Positions 1 through 7,904 of a DNA stretch of 38,756 nucleotides are shown here, piece by piece. This DNA is from an uncultured Methanosarcinales archaeon (GTDB lineage Archaea > Nanobdellota > Nanobdellia > Woesearchaeales > GW2011-AR9): NCBI GenBank assembly GCA_964405725.1, contig CAYOOY010000003.1:1-38756 (forward strand), in the 5' to 3' direction. The notes beneath the pieces are model-generated. The model saw nothing but the letters and a program-made list of their open reading frames with translations. It was not told the origin of the DNA and searched no databases. Numbering within the stretch: position 1 is the first letter of the stretch; each line of letters begins with the position of its first letter. Both the position numbers and the translations under genes were made by a program.

Positions 1-488
1 TGGTCTTCTTTTTTTCCACCAATGGCAACTTCGAGCATTCGAGCACGTTTTACACCAGTTGTGGTTTTACCTGGGTTAGATGCAACAAGTAATCTGGCAA
101 ATTCAAATTCAGGTAAATTATCTAAAGAATGTTTCTTTTTTGGAATTGTGATGTTTCGAGAAAGATGTTTTGGTAAATTTGGGGCTAATACTGATGCGAT
201 TTTTCGCACACCATACATATGTTTACCATATAATGCAAAGCCAACAACATTCATTTCTGGACATTCAATAATTGTGACAGGTAATGAAATTTCTTTATCT
301 TTAGTAAGACTTTTTGCCCTGTTATCAACAGCCATTACATGAGTCATTCCTACTTTATAACAGATAAAACCTAATGCTTTTGCTTGCTTTTCATCCGCCC
401 AACTACGTACGCGAACAAATGAATGCTTAGACCTAGATCTAGGCCAGAACTGCATTGATCCTCTACGAGGGTGATGTCTCTTTACCAT
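1..488 (-). CDS. rpl3: Ribosomal protein uL3 (archaeal L3P), N-terminal part; the gene continues beyond the window start
   Basis: Absent from the ORF track because there is no stop in the window. Manual minus-strand translation from the ATG at 488-486 gives MVKRHHPRRGSMQFWPRSRSKHSFVRVRSWADEKQAKALGFICYKVGMTHVMAVDNRAKSLTKDKEISLPVTIIECPEMNVVGFALYG... This matches the archaeal/eukaryotic uL3 N-terminus (PRRGS..FxPR and YKxGMTH motifs). Confidence 0.85.
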   Translation of the reverse strand, partial: MVKRHHPRRGSMQFWPRSRSKHSFVRVRSWADEKQAKALGFICYKVGMTHVMAVDNRAKSLTKDKEISLPVTIIECPEMNVVGFALYGKHMYGVRKIASVLAPNLPKHLSRNITIPKKKHSLDNLPEFEFARLLVASNPGKTTTGVKRARMLEVAIGGKKED

Positions 489-626
489 TTTGTATTAATC
501 GCCTCTACCGGTTCACATCAAAGAAACACTCTGATGTTCGCCTTCTCAGGCATGTTCGCAAGATTCACTTAATTGGTCACGCCAATCAGTCTGAAAGTTG
601 CGTAAGTTGGCTTGGGACGTGGATTG

Positions 627-636
627 TTTATAAAGG
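627..636 (-). promoter_or_regulatory. Candidate archaeal TATA box (cctttataaa on the minus strand), about 140 nt upstream of the rpl3 ATG
   Basis: This is the only strong TATA-like element between the upstream gene's stop (709) and the rpl3 start (488). It implies a leader of roughly 110 nt. Confidence 0.35.
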
Positions 637-708
637 TTTCTGAAATAAAGAATGTATTGAAGATGAAATGTCAAATTACGTATGTAGAATAAAGAAAAGC
701 ACAAATGA

Positions 709-1290
709 CTAACATCCCTGATATTCTTCAATCTTATACTGATGCGTTTCTACTTTTCCTCGTGGTTTTGCATTAAATTGAGAAGATTTCAATATTCGTG
801 AGAGTGTAGAAGTATAGTTTCCTTCTAATATTACTCTGTTACGCGCAGTTGTTGTATTAATATCATGAACTCTGTGATGAACAGGTTTAGCATTTCGCAT
901 AATGATTTCCATTACAAGGTCCGATTCTGAATTTTTTTTAGTAACTTTTAATCCATTTGCACCAGAGTCTCTAAAATCATATCCTCTACCAAACATTGGA
1001 GATTCACGAACATACATATCACTCTCATTTCTTGAATTATGCATAAATCGCACTTCAAATTCTCGATTTTGATCTTTAAATGTACGCTCATACAAAACTT
1101 GAGTAAGTACTACTTTCCCTTTATCGGTATACTCATTAATAAATTTGGTATCATAATTTTTCTTTAGAACATCTATGACACTTTCAATATTATCTCTGCA
1201 CGTCTCTTTTCCCTGAGCAAGCGTAGGATATTTTAGTGTTAACGCAGTAAACATTCCAATTTGAAGAAAAGTCCTTCGATCCATTAACAT
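709..1290 (-). CDS. Hypothetical secreted protein with a twin-arginine-like signal peptide
   Basis: 193-aa ORF. The N-terminus MLMDRRTFLQIGMFTALTLKYPTLAQG has an RRxFL motif, a hydrophobic h-region and an AxA-like site (LAQ/G). The mature part matches no family I recognise. Confidence 0.6.
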   Translation of the reverse strand: MLMDRRTFLQIGMFTALTLKYPTLAQGKETCRDNIESVIDVLKKNYDTKFINEYTDKGKVVLTQVLYERTFKDQNREFEVRFMHNSRNESDMYVRESPMFGRGYDFRDSGANGLKVTKKNSESDLVMEIIMRNAKPVHHRVHDINTTTARNRVILEGNYTSTLSRILKSSQFNAKPRGKVETHQYKIEEYQGC

Positions 1291-1339
1291 AATTGAGATG
1301 ATGCAAATATTAAAAACCTTTTGGCTAAAATTATAAAAA

Positions 1340-1579
1340 TTATCTCTCTTGCACTTTTCTGATCATTGATTCCAATTCGCTATCTTCTTTTGTGACATCA
1401 TCATGGCCAGAACCTAAGAAATCCATTTTAACCCAATTTTTCTTTCCACACAAACAATCAAATGATTTGTAATGCTGATCAGCAGAATCACCAAATGTAG
1501 ACCCAAACAATGTTGGATCAAAGTCCATTAGACAATATTCACATCTACCCTCTTTTAGATGTTCCGGAAGATCACCCAT
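1340..1579 (-). CDS. Small Cys-containing (zinc-ribbon-like) hypothetical protein
   Basis: The ORF-track entry 1340..1720 is trimmed to the internal ATG at 1579-1577 (MGDLPEHLKEGRCEYCLMDF...FDCLCGKKNW...), because the longer form would overlap the divergent nop5 gene. It carries CxxC and CxC pairs. Confidence 0.5.
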   Translation of the reverse strand: MGDLPEHLKEGRCEYCLMDFDPTLFGSTFGDSADQHYKSFDCLCGKKNWVKMDFLGSGHDDVTKEDSELESMIRKVQER

Positions 1580-1603
1580 GGACGTGTAGTTTTTGCAATA
1601 AGG

Positions 1604-1612
1604 TTTATATAA
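1604..1612 (+). promoter_or_regulatory. Candidate TATA box (tttatataa) centred about 27 nt upstream of the nop5 ATG; implies a leaderless mRNA
   Basis: Position and sequence were read directly. The same -25 to -28 spacing to the ATG recurs at several other first-in-operon genes in the window. Confidence 0.45.
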
Positions 1613-1634
1613 CTTACGACTCAGTAGATGTGTT

Positions 1635-2474
1635 ATGTATATATTCAAACATATTATTAACACGTTTACTGTAGGGAAAAATTTCAATCTTAAGCCCGGC
1701 ACTGTAAAAAAACCTAGCAAGTTACCAGCAAAAGCAATCCCTCACATTCTTGAACAATTAAAGGATCCCAAATATTATGAACAATTTTATACAAAAAACA
1801 TTGAATTAACTCAAAAAAAAATAAAAGAAGATATAAATCAAGATAACTTAATTATACAAACCATTTCAGCAATTTCTGAAATTGATAAAGTTACAAATAT
1901 TCTAAGTAAACGATTACGTGAATGGTATTCATTATACTATCCTGAATTATCACAGGAATTTAGAGATCACGAGCAATATGCAGAATTAGTTATCTCAAAA
2001 AAGAAAAAAGTTTCAACGATGGGTGCTGATTTATTAAAAAAAGATGTAGAAGTAATAGAGCAGTTGGCATCACAACTAAGCGCATTATTTAATCAACGAA
2101 AATCATTAGAAGAATACCTTGGATCAATAATGAAATCATATTGTCCAAACTTAGTTTCGCTTGCAGGAGTTACAATTGCTGCTAAATTAATTAATCTAGC
2201 AAAAGGACTGAGACGAATGGCACTTCTTCCTGCATCAACAATTCAATTACTTGGAGCTGAGAAAGCATTATTTCGTCATATCAAATCAGGAGCACGTTCT
2301 CCAAAACATGGGATTATTATTCATCATCCGCTTGTGCAAAATGCAGGCAGAGATAAAGGCAAGGCGGCACGTATGCTTGCAGACAAATTAGTATTATGTG
2401 CTAGATTAGATTACTTTAAAGGAGAATTTATGGCAGAAATGTATAGAAAAGATTTAGAGGAAAAGTTAGGATGA
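1635..2474 (+). CDS. nop5: Nop5 (Nop56/58 family) C/D box sRNP core protein with a short N-terminal domain
   Basis: 279 aa. The NOSIC/Nop domain is recognisable: NLIIQTISAISEIDKVTNILSKRLREWYSLYYPEL, LLGAEKALFRHIKSGARSPKHGIIIHHPLVQNA, KGKAARMLADKLVLCARLDYF. It lies in an operon with fibrillarin. Confidence 0.85.
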   Translation: MYIFKHIINTFTVGKNFNLKPGTVKKPSKLPAKAIPHILEQLKDPKYYEQFYTKNIELTQKKIKEDINQDNLIIQTISAISEIDKVTNILSKRLREWYSLYYPELSQEFRDHEQYAELVISKKKKVSTMGADLLKKDVEVIEQLASQLSALFNQRKSLEEYLGSIMKSYCPNLVSLAGVTIAAKLINLAKGLRRMALLPASTIQLLGAEKALFRHIKSGARSPKHGIIIHHPLVQNAGRDKGKAARMLADKLVLCARLDYFKGEFMAEMYRKDLEEKLG

Positions 2475-2962
2475 GCGAAGAAATGGTACATATTGTTAAT
2501 GATAATGATGAAGTAATAGATACTGTTCCTAGATCTGTCATGAGGAAAGAAAATTTACAAAGGCGTGTTGTACGAATTTTGTTATTTAATTCGAAGGGAG
2601 AATTATTTATTCATCAAAGAACACAAAACAAAGATTATTTCCCTGGATTGTATGATACTTCAATTGCAGGAGTAGTTACTACCGTAGACTGCGATAAAGA
2701 AGCCCAAAGAGAAATGAATGAGGAAGTTGGACTACTAAATCCTAAACTTGAATTCCTATTTAAATTTCATAATACAGAGGAAAAATACTTTTGTAAAGTG
2801 TATAAATGTGTTTCAGATGAACCATTAACGTTGCAAGAAGAAGAAATTGTTTTTGGAAAATTTATACCCATTGAAGAAATTAAAGAACTTATGAAGAAAG
2901 AAAAATTTCATCCCAGAGGATTGGATGTATGGGAGAGGTATTTTAACAATGAAACCACATAA
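2471..2962 (+). CDS. Nudix-family hydrolase
   Basis: 163 aa with a Nudix-box-like segment GVVTTVDCDKEAQREMNEEVGL, where REMNEEVGL fits REUxEExGU. Its start overlaps the nop5 stop (ATGA) and its 3' end overlaps the flpA start. Confidence 0.7.
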   Translation: MSEEMVHIVNDNDEVIDTVPRSVMRKENLQRRVVRILLFNSKGELFIHQRTQNKDYFPGLYDTSIAGVVTTVDCDKEAQREMNEEVGLLNPKLEFLFKFHNTEEKYFCKVYKCVSDEPLTLQEEEIVFGKFIPIEEIKELMKKEKFHPRGLDVWERYFNNETT

Positions 2963-3593
2963 ACTCTTTCATATATTTACGGACAAAAAGCGAATCTACA
3001 CCAAATCATTACTTCCAGGCACAACTCATTTCGAAGAACATACAAAAGGAGAATATAGGGAATTTGATCCACGAAGATCAAAACTTGCTGCAGCAATTGC
3101 CAAAGGAGCAACCAACATTGGCTTTCGTGAAAATGATGTAGTATTATATCTAGGATCCTCACATGGATATACATGTTCATTTGTCTCAGACATAATTGAT
3201 AAAGGACTTATCTTTGCAATTGATCCAGCACCACGTGTTATGCGTGATTTAGTATTCTTAGCAAAACTGCGAAAAAATATTGTACCTATTCTTGCAGATG
3301 CAAATCATCCAAAAGAATACGTTGACAAGATTTGCCAGGTAGATGTGGTATTTCAAGATGTAGCACAACGAAATCAATCTGCGATATTTATGAAAAACTG
3401 TGATATGTTTCTTAAATCTGGTGGCTACGGTCTTTTGGCAGTAAAATCAAAAAGTATTGATATAAAACGAAAACCAAAAGACATTTTTAATGAAATTCGT
3501 AAAGAACTTGAACAAAAATATACAGTAATTGATTTTAAAATCTTAGATCCCTTTGAAAAAGATCATTGCATGATCATCATAAAAAAGCAATGA
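2949..3593 (+). CDS. flpA: Fibrillarin-like rRNA/tRNA 2'-O-methyltransferase
   Basis: Alignable by eye with archaeal fibrillarin: DPRRSKLAAAIAKG, VLYLGSSHGYTCSFVSDI, APRVMRDLV, NIVPILADANHPKEY, VDVVFQDVAQRNQ, DPFEKDHCMI. The start is set at ATG 2949 (MKPHKLF); the ORF-track alternative is 2925. Confidence 0.9.
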   Translation: MKPHKLFHIFTDKKRIYTKSLLPGTTHFEEHTKGEYREFDPRRSKLAAAIAKGATNIGFRENDVVLYLGSSHGYTCSFVSDIIDKGLIFAIDPAPRVMRDLVFLAKLRKNIVPILADANHPKEYVDKICQVDVVFQDVAQRNQSAIFMKNCDMFLKSGGYGLLAVKSKSIDIKRKPKDIFNEIRKELEQKYTVIDFKILDPFEKDHCMIIIKKQ

Positions 3594-3622
3594 TATTTAA
3601 ATTCTGAAATATTTCATCTTAC

Positions 3623-3895
3623 ATGTCCCTTGCACATGAAGCATCATACTTGTACAGATATTCTAAAGAATTACGTTCTTTAAACAAGGATATTAAGAAA
3701 GTTGCAAAGAAAGTAGAGAAGCATAGATCAAAACATGCAAAAGCAAAAGAAGAACATAAATCAAAACATTACGTAAGACATCAAAAGCAAGCAAAAAAGT
3801 TACATCACCTTGTAGCAGAGCACAAAACAATAGTAAGAAAATTAAATGTACACCTAAGAAATTTTCATTTAACCCTCAAAAAGAACAAAATTTAA
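3623..3895 (+). CDS. Hypothetical, highly basic Lys/His-rich helical protein
   Basis: 90-aa ORF with a TATA-like gatatttaaatt about 25 nt upstream of the ATG. The composition (KKVAKKVEKHRSKHAKAKEEHKSKHYVRHQKQAKKLHH) suggests a coiled-coil or nucleic-acid-binding protein. No family recognised. Confidence 0.45.
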   Translation: MSLAHEASYLYRYSKELRSLNKDIKKVAKKVEKHRSKHAKAKEEHKSKHYVRHQKQAKKLHHLVAEHKTIVRKLNVHLRNFHLTLKKNKI

Positions 3896-4113
3896 TCTTC
3901 TACATGAATAATATTTACCGGACACACATCAGCTGCTTCTTGATGTTGCGCTTTATCTTCATCCGCAATTTCTTTTTCAAAATGATCATCAACTTCTGTT
4001 GCATCTTTTAATTGCGCGATTCCTTCATCATCCATATACCATTTATCTGGATCAACTGCTGCGCAACCACCGCACCGTATACAATCTTGTTTGTAATGCA
4101 CCACTTTTGCCAT
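3892..4113 (-). CDS. fdx: Single-cluster [4Fe-4S]/[3Fe-4S] ferredoxin
   Basis: The ORF-track entry 3892..4260 is trimmed to the ATG at 4113-4111. The product MAKVVHYKQDCIRCGGCAAVDPDKWYMDDEGIAQ...AADVCPVNIIHVED shows the CxxCxxC...CP pattern of Pyrococcus-type ferredoxins. Confidence 0.75.
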   Translation of the reverse strand: MAKVVHYKQDCIRCGGCAAVDPDKWYMDDEGIAQLKDATEVDDHFEKEIADEDKAQHQEAADVCPVNIIHVED

Positions 4114-4222
4114 AAAACAAGGACATTTTGAGTATTTATAAGAGTTATGATATCTAATCTCTGTGTTTAAGCATCCATGATTTTGCAAAACACTTAAATA
4201 ACTATAATTCTTTCCTAACGAT

Positions 4223-5170
4223 ATGAAAAGAGGAGTAGTGATTGCTTTAGTATGCGCCATGCTACTTCTGACTTCTTGCGGACAACAAGATAATAGACAA
4301 AATACACCACAAGATGATGCTGCACGTTTGCAAATATTGAAAACAGGAGTACAAGGAGTACAAACACGTATTTTGCCAAATTATCTCCCACCAATTATTT
4401 ATGATTCTAACCCAATAACAATGGCAGTTGAAGTATATAACAAGGGTAATTATCCTTTGCAGCCACAAGATTGTTATGTAAAAGTAATGGGATTCGATCC
4501 AAACATAATACGAGGTAGTTTTAATCGAATAGCTCCATGTTCAGAAGGACAGGGAACATTAGATGGACGTGAATTATATAATGTAGAAGGTACATTTAAC
4601 CATATTGAGTTTGATTCAACTGATATAACTCTGCCACAAGGCCTTCGTGAACACAGTCCCACACTTAATATTTTAACCTGCTATAATTATGAGACTGTGG
4701 CGCAAAATGATGTGTGCTTAGATCCACTTTTCTATGATATAACACCTGAACAAAAAGCATGTATCCCACAAGATATTGGTATGGCTGGCGGCCAAGGGGG
4801 CCCAGTAGGCGTTGATTTCATTGGCGTTGATATGATTGGTGGAAAAGCAATTTTTGAAATAAATGTACGAAATTATGGAAGTGGTAGAGTATTAAGCCCA
4901 AATACCGATATTCGAACATGTGGAACAGGCGGACTTACAGTACAAGATTTTAACAGAGTACAATATTCAGTTTCACTTCCTGGCGGAAATGTGCCAGATT
5001 GTAAACCTCGCGATGGATTTGTCCGCATGAATAATGGTTTGGGAAAAATTCTGTGCACTGCGCAAATACCATCTGGCTCTGCGTACAAAACGCCAATTAC
5101 AATTGATTTAGATTACGGATATATAGAATCATTACAACAACCAATTAGAATAGTACAAACACCGAGGTAA
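4223..5170 (+). CDS. Hypothetical lipobox-containing surface protein (paralog 1)
   Basis: 315 aa. Signal peptide plus lipobox MKRGVVIALVCAMLLLTSCGQQ. Alignable with the next gene through IYDS...V.V.NKG.Y.L.P.D..VK..G and NYET.....VCL. Confidence 0.65.
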   Translation: MKRGVVIALVCAMLLLTSCGQQDNRQNTPQDDAARLQILKTGVQGVQTRILPNYLPPIIYDSNPITMAVEVYNKGNYPLQPQDCYVKVMGFDPNIIRGSFNRIAPCSEGQGTLDGRELYNVEGTFNHIEFDSTDITLPQGLREHSPTLNILTCYNYETVAQNDVCLDPLFYDITPEQKACIPQDIGMAGGQGGPVGVDFIGVDMIGGKAIFEINVRNYGSGRVLSPNTDIRTCGTGGLTVQDFNRVQYSVSLPGGNVPDCKPRDGFVRMNNGLGKILCTAQIPSGSAYKTPITIDLDYGYIESLQQPIRIVQTPR

Positions 5171-5175
5171 ATAAA

Positions 5176-6075
5176 ATGAAGAAATTAATACTATTACTTG
5201 CACTAACGTGTCTTTTTATAGTTGGATGTGGTGATACAGAAACATCAACTGCATCTTCCGGTAAAGCATACATTGGTGGTGATGCTGGAGTTACAGCCGC
5301 ATTTGAGCAATTTGCAACAAAAGAAGGAGATTTATATACAATTTATGACTCTCAAACATTTCCTCTTGAAGTTACAATTCATAATAAAGGAGAGTATAAA
5401 TTAAAACCAAAGGATGTGAAAGTAAAAATCATTGGCGTTTCAGAGGATGAATTTTCTGGGATTGCAAAGTGGGAAAAAACAAACACGCAAGATGTTGATA
5501 AGATTTCTGAACTTAACAAGGAAGGAGGACAAGAAACAATAAGCTTTTCCTCGGATGTGAAATATGCAAGTAAAGTAACAGGCTTGCTTGATCGTACATT
5601 TTTTGCAACAGTTGATTACAATTACGAAACGTATGTGCTTGTACCTGAAGTATGCCTAAAAGAAAATTTAGCAGATAAGAAAGTATGTGAAGTTAAAGAA
5701 GCAAAGGACGTAGAATCTTCTTCAGGACCAGTAACCGTCACAGCAGTTCAAGAAGACACAGCAGGTAAAGGAGTTATCGCTCTTAAGTTATCTGTTAAAA
5801 AAACTGGTGAAGGGATAGTAACACTTCAAGGTACAGAATTTAAGCCAACACAAGATAAAATTGCGTTCACCCTAAATGACCCAGCTTGGAAATGTACCTC
5901 TTCAGGAAAAGAAAATGAAGCACGTTTACTTAACAATGAAGCGGAAATCGTATGTAAACTTAAAGATCCATTAAAGAAAGATACATTAGCGATAAAGCAA
6001 GTTAAGATGACTCTTAAGTATACGTATCGAGATACAATTGAAGAAAAGATTCGAATTAAGCAAACAGACGAATAG
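5176..6075 (+). CDS. Hypothetical lipobox-containing surface protein (paralog 2)
   Basis: 299 aa. MKKLILLLALTCLFIVGCGD lipobox. A GAGGT Shine-Dalgarno-like motif lies about 9 nt upstream. Shares motifs with 4223..5170. Confidence 0.65.
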   Translation: MKKLILLLALTCLFIVGCGDTETSTASSGKAYIGGDAGVTAAFEQFATKEGDLYTIYDSQTFPLEVTIHNKGEYKLKPKDVKVKIIGVSEDEFSGIAKWEKTNTQDVDKISELNKEGGQETISFSSDVKYASKVTGLLDRTFFATVDYNYETYVLVPEVCLKENLADKKVCEVKEAKDVESSSGPVTVTAVQEDTAGKGVIALKLSVKKTGEGIVTLQGTEFKPTQDKIAFTLNDPAWKCTSSGKENEARLLNNEAEIVCKLKDPLKKDTLAIKQVKMTLKYTYRDTIEEKIRIKQTDE

Positions 6076-6696
6076 CTATATTAATTTATTTTTTTCTATT
6101 AATTCTTTTATTTTTGTATACATATATTCATATCCTTTAGAATTCGGATGAAGACCATCAGCTAACATTGATTGAAAGTGTTCTTGAGACATTACAGTAT
6201 TAATATCTAAAAATAGTACATTTGCAAGTTCACACTCTTCACGCATGATAGTATTGTATTGCATGATTGTAACATTTGTAAAAACAGTATCTTCATATGA
6301 ATATGTTATTGTTTCATCAACAGGAGGCAAACCAATAAACGCTAGAGCAGTTTTGTACGATTTTGCTTTTGAGATTAATTTTTTTATATTAGAGCGATAC
6401 AGATTTCCATCAACTTTGTGAACTTTTGAAGGATTCTCTATTTTGCTATCATTAGTACCAATTGAAATAAGAGTTAGGTATGAACTAGGCCGAGAAAAAA
6501 TAATTCTTGATTTTGCTTCACTTTCAAATCTCTCAAGAAGATCAGTAGATGTGTTACCACAAATTCCTAAATTATACACAACATTAAATTTATCTCTTCG
6601 CTCAAAGCTCTCTTTAAGCCGTCCAACCCAACCAACATTAGGTAATTCACCACGACCCCACGTTATGCTATCTCCAAAGCAAAGTATTCCTCTCAT
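6076..6696 (-). CDS. SGNH/GDSL-family hydrolase (lipase/esterase-like)
   Basis: 206 aa. Block I CFGDSITWGRG, block III GTND, and block V DGLHPN (the DxxH catalytic pair). Confidence 0.8.
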   Translation of the reverse strand: MRGILCFGDSITWGRGELPNVGWVGRLKESFERRDKFNVVYNLGICGNTSTDLLERFESEAKSRIIFSRPSSYLTLISIGTNDSKIENPSKVHKVDGNLYRSNIKKLISKAKSYKTALAFIGLPPVDETITYSYEDTVFTNVTIMQYNTIMREECELANVLFLDINTVMSQEHFQSMLADGLHPNSKGYEYMYTKIKELIEKNKLI

Positions 6697-7685
6697 GAGT
6701 TTACCACCACAATAAATGCCAAGAAACTCTCAAGCTGAATATATTCATCACTTCCTTCAACCATTCTAAATTCAATTTCTCCACATTTATCAATTAGCTC
6801 CACCTTTTTTCGATCAGCAAGATCAAGATTCCAAATTTCTTTTTGAATTTGTCTAATAATATCAAATCCAGATAAGCCATATTCAAGCATAACGTTCAAT
6901 AATTTCTTTCGTGACTCAGAAAATTTTGTAGAGACGGCTAAAGATAATATTTCTCTTATTTCATCTGGTTTTGCTACTGAAGCCATAGAAAAAATTAATT
7001 CAGGCGTAATCTCTTTACTAATAACTGCGCAACTTTGCATGACATTCTCAAGTCGTCTACAATCTCCATTTGTAACTTCAAAAAGAGCATCTTTTACTTC
7101 CTCAGATATATTCAATCCTTCTTCTAAAGCTACTTTATCAATTACTTTGAATATTTCTTCTTTTGGTAATGGCTTAAATCGAAACACTGCACATCTACTT
7201 TGAATTGGATCAATTATTTTAGAAGAATAATTGCATGATAAAATAAATCTACATGTTCGCGTATAATTCTCCATAGTACGCCTAAGAGCCTGCTGTGCTT
7301 CTTTTGTAAGAGCATCACTCTCATCTAAATAAATTAGTTTGAATGGAACATCGCCTAAAGCGCGTGTACGTGCAAAGTCTTTTACTTTTACTCTAACAAC
7401 ATCTATTCCACGCTCATCTGATGCATTCAATTCAAGTGTGTTCTGTCTCCAACTCTCACCAAATAGCTGTTTTGCAATAACTAATGCTAACGTTGTTTTT
7501 CCAACACCTGCTGGACCTGAGAAGAGTAAATGAGGCATTTCAGATGATTTAACGAAAGCCTGTACCTTTTGTACAATATCGATTTGTCCACGCACATCTT
7601 CAAATGTTTGCGGTCGATATTTCTCAGTCCATATAGAAGATGTCATACCAATTTGATGAGATACCATATTTATAAGGTTTTCCAC
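6693..7685 (-). CDS. rfcS: Replication factor C small subunit
   Basis: 330 aa. WTEKYRPQTFEDVRGQ, Walker A GPAGVGKTT, Walker B/DEAD-like YLDESDALT, SRC motif IDPIQSRCAVFRF. A later start (MTSSIW, 7646) is possible. Confidence 0.9.
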   Translation of the reverse strand: MENLINMVSHQIGMTSSIWTEKYRPQTFEDVRGQIDIVQKVQAFVKSSEMPHLLFSGPAGVGKTTLALVIAKQLFGESWRQNTLELNASDERGIDVVRVKVKDFARTRALGDVPFKLIYLDESDALTKEAQQALRRTMENYTRTCRFILSCNYSSKIIDPIQSRCAVFRFKPLPKEEIFKVIDKVALEEGLNISEEVKDALFEVTNGDCRRLENVMQSCAVISKEITPELIFSMASVAKPDEIREILSLAVSTKFSESRKKLLNVMLEYGLSGFDIIRQIQKEIWNLDLADRKKVELIDKCGEIEFRMVEGSDEYIQLESFLAFIVVVNS

Positions 7686-7687
7686 TC

Positions 7688-7891
7688 CTAAACAACATAA
7701 AAAACAACTGCCCTTGCTGCGTCAAGTAACTCATTTACAGAAATGCCAAATATGAATACCATTACAAGCACAACAATAAGCAACACCGTTAGTACTTTAG
7801 AGAGATATGTGACAATTCGGCCAAAGAACGCTAAAATAATGATCAGAATCATTACATAAATAACTGTGCTTACATCCATGTACAAAATCAA
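7688..7891 (-). CDS. Small hypothetical membrane protein (2 TM)
   Basis: 67-aa ORF made almost entirely of two hydrophobic helices. It is packed tightly between the upstream lipoprotein gene and rfcS. Confidence 0.4.
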   Translation of the reverse strand: MILYMDVSTVIYVMILIIILAFFGRIVTYLSKVLTVLLIVVLVMVFIFGISVNELLDAARAVVFYVV

Positions 7892-7904
7892 GAGAATCTA
7901 CTTT

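Noticed and set aside
22-342. 106-aa plus-strand ORF at the window start
   Set aside because: It lies antisense to a clearly recognisable uL3 coding sequence on the minus strand, so it is a shadow ORF with no recognisable features.
525-596. Possible C/D box sRNA (CTGATGT ... CTGA on the plus strand) in the rpl3 spacer
   Set aside because: The C-like box is imperfect. No D'/C' boxes occur at the expected ~12-nt guide spacing. On the minus strand the boxes are in the wrong order. The evidence is insufficient.
455-731. Two short ORFs (455..643 plus strand, 546..731 minus strand) in the rpl3 upstream spacer
   Set aside because: They overlap each other and the rpl3 start or the neighbouring gene's end. 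Their composition is implausible and they have no promoter or Shine-Dalgarno context. I treat the region as a non-coding leader instead.
1580-1720. N-terminal extension of the 1340..1720 ORF (also 3892..4260 and 25148..26209)
   Set aside because: The extended forms overlap divergent genes or promoters and encode low-complexity hydrophobic junk. Internal ATGs (1579, 4113, 26083) give products that begin at the recognisable domains.
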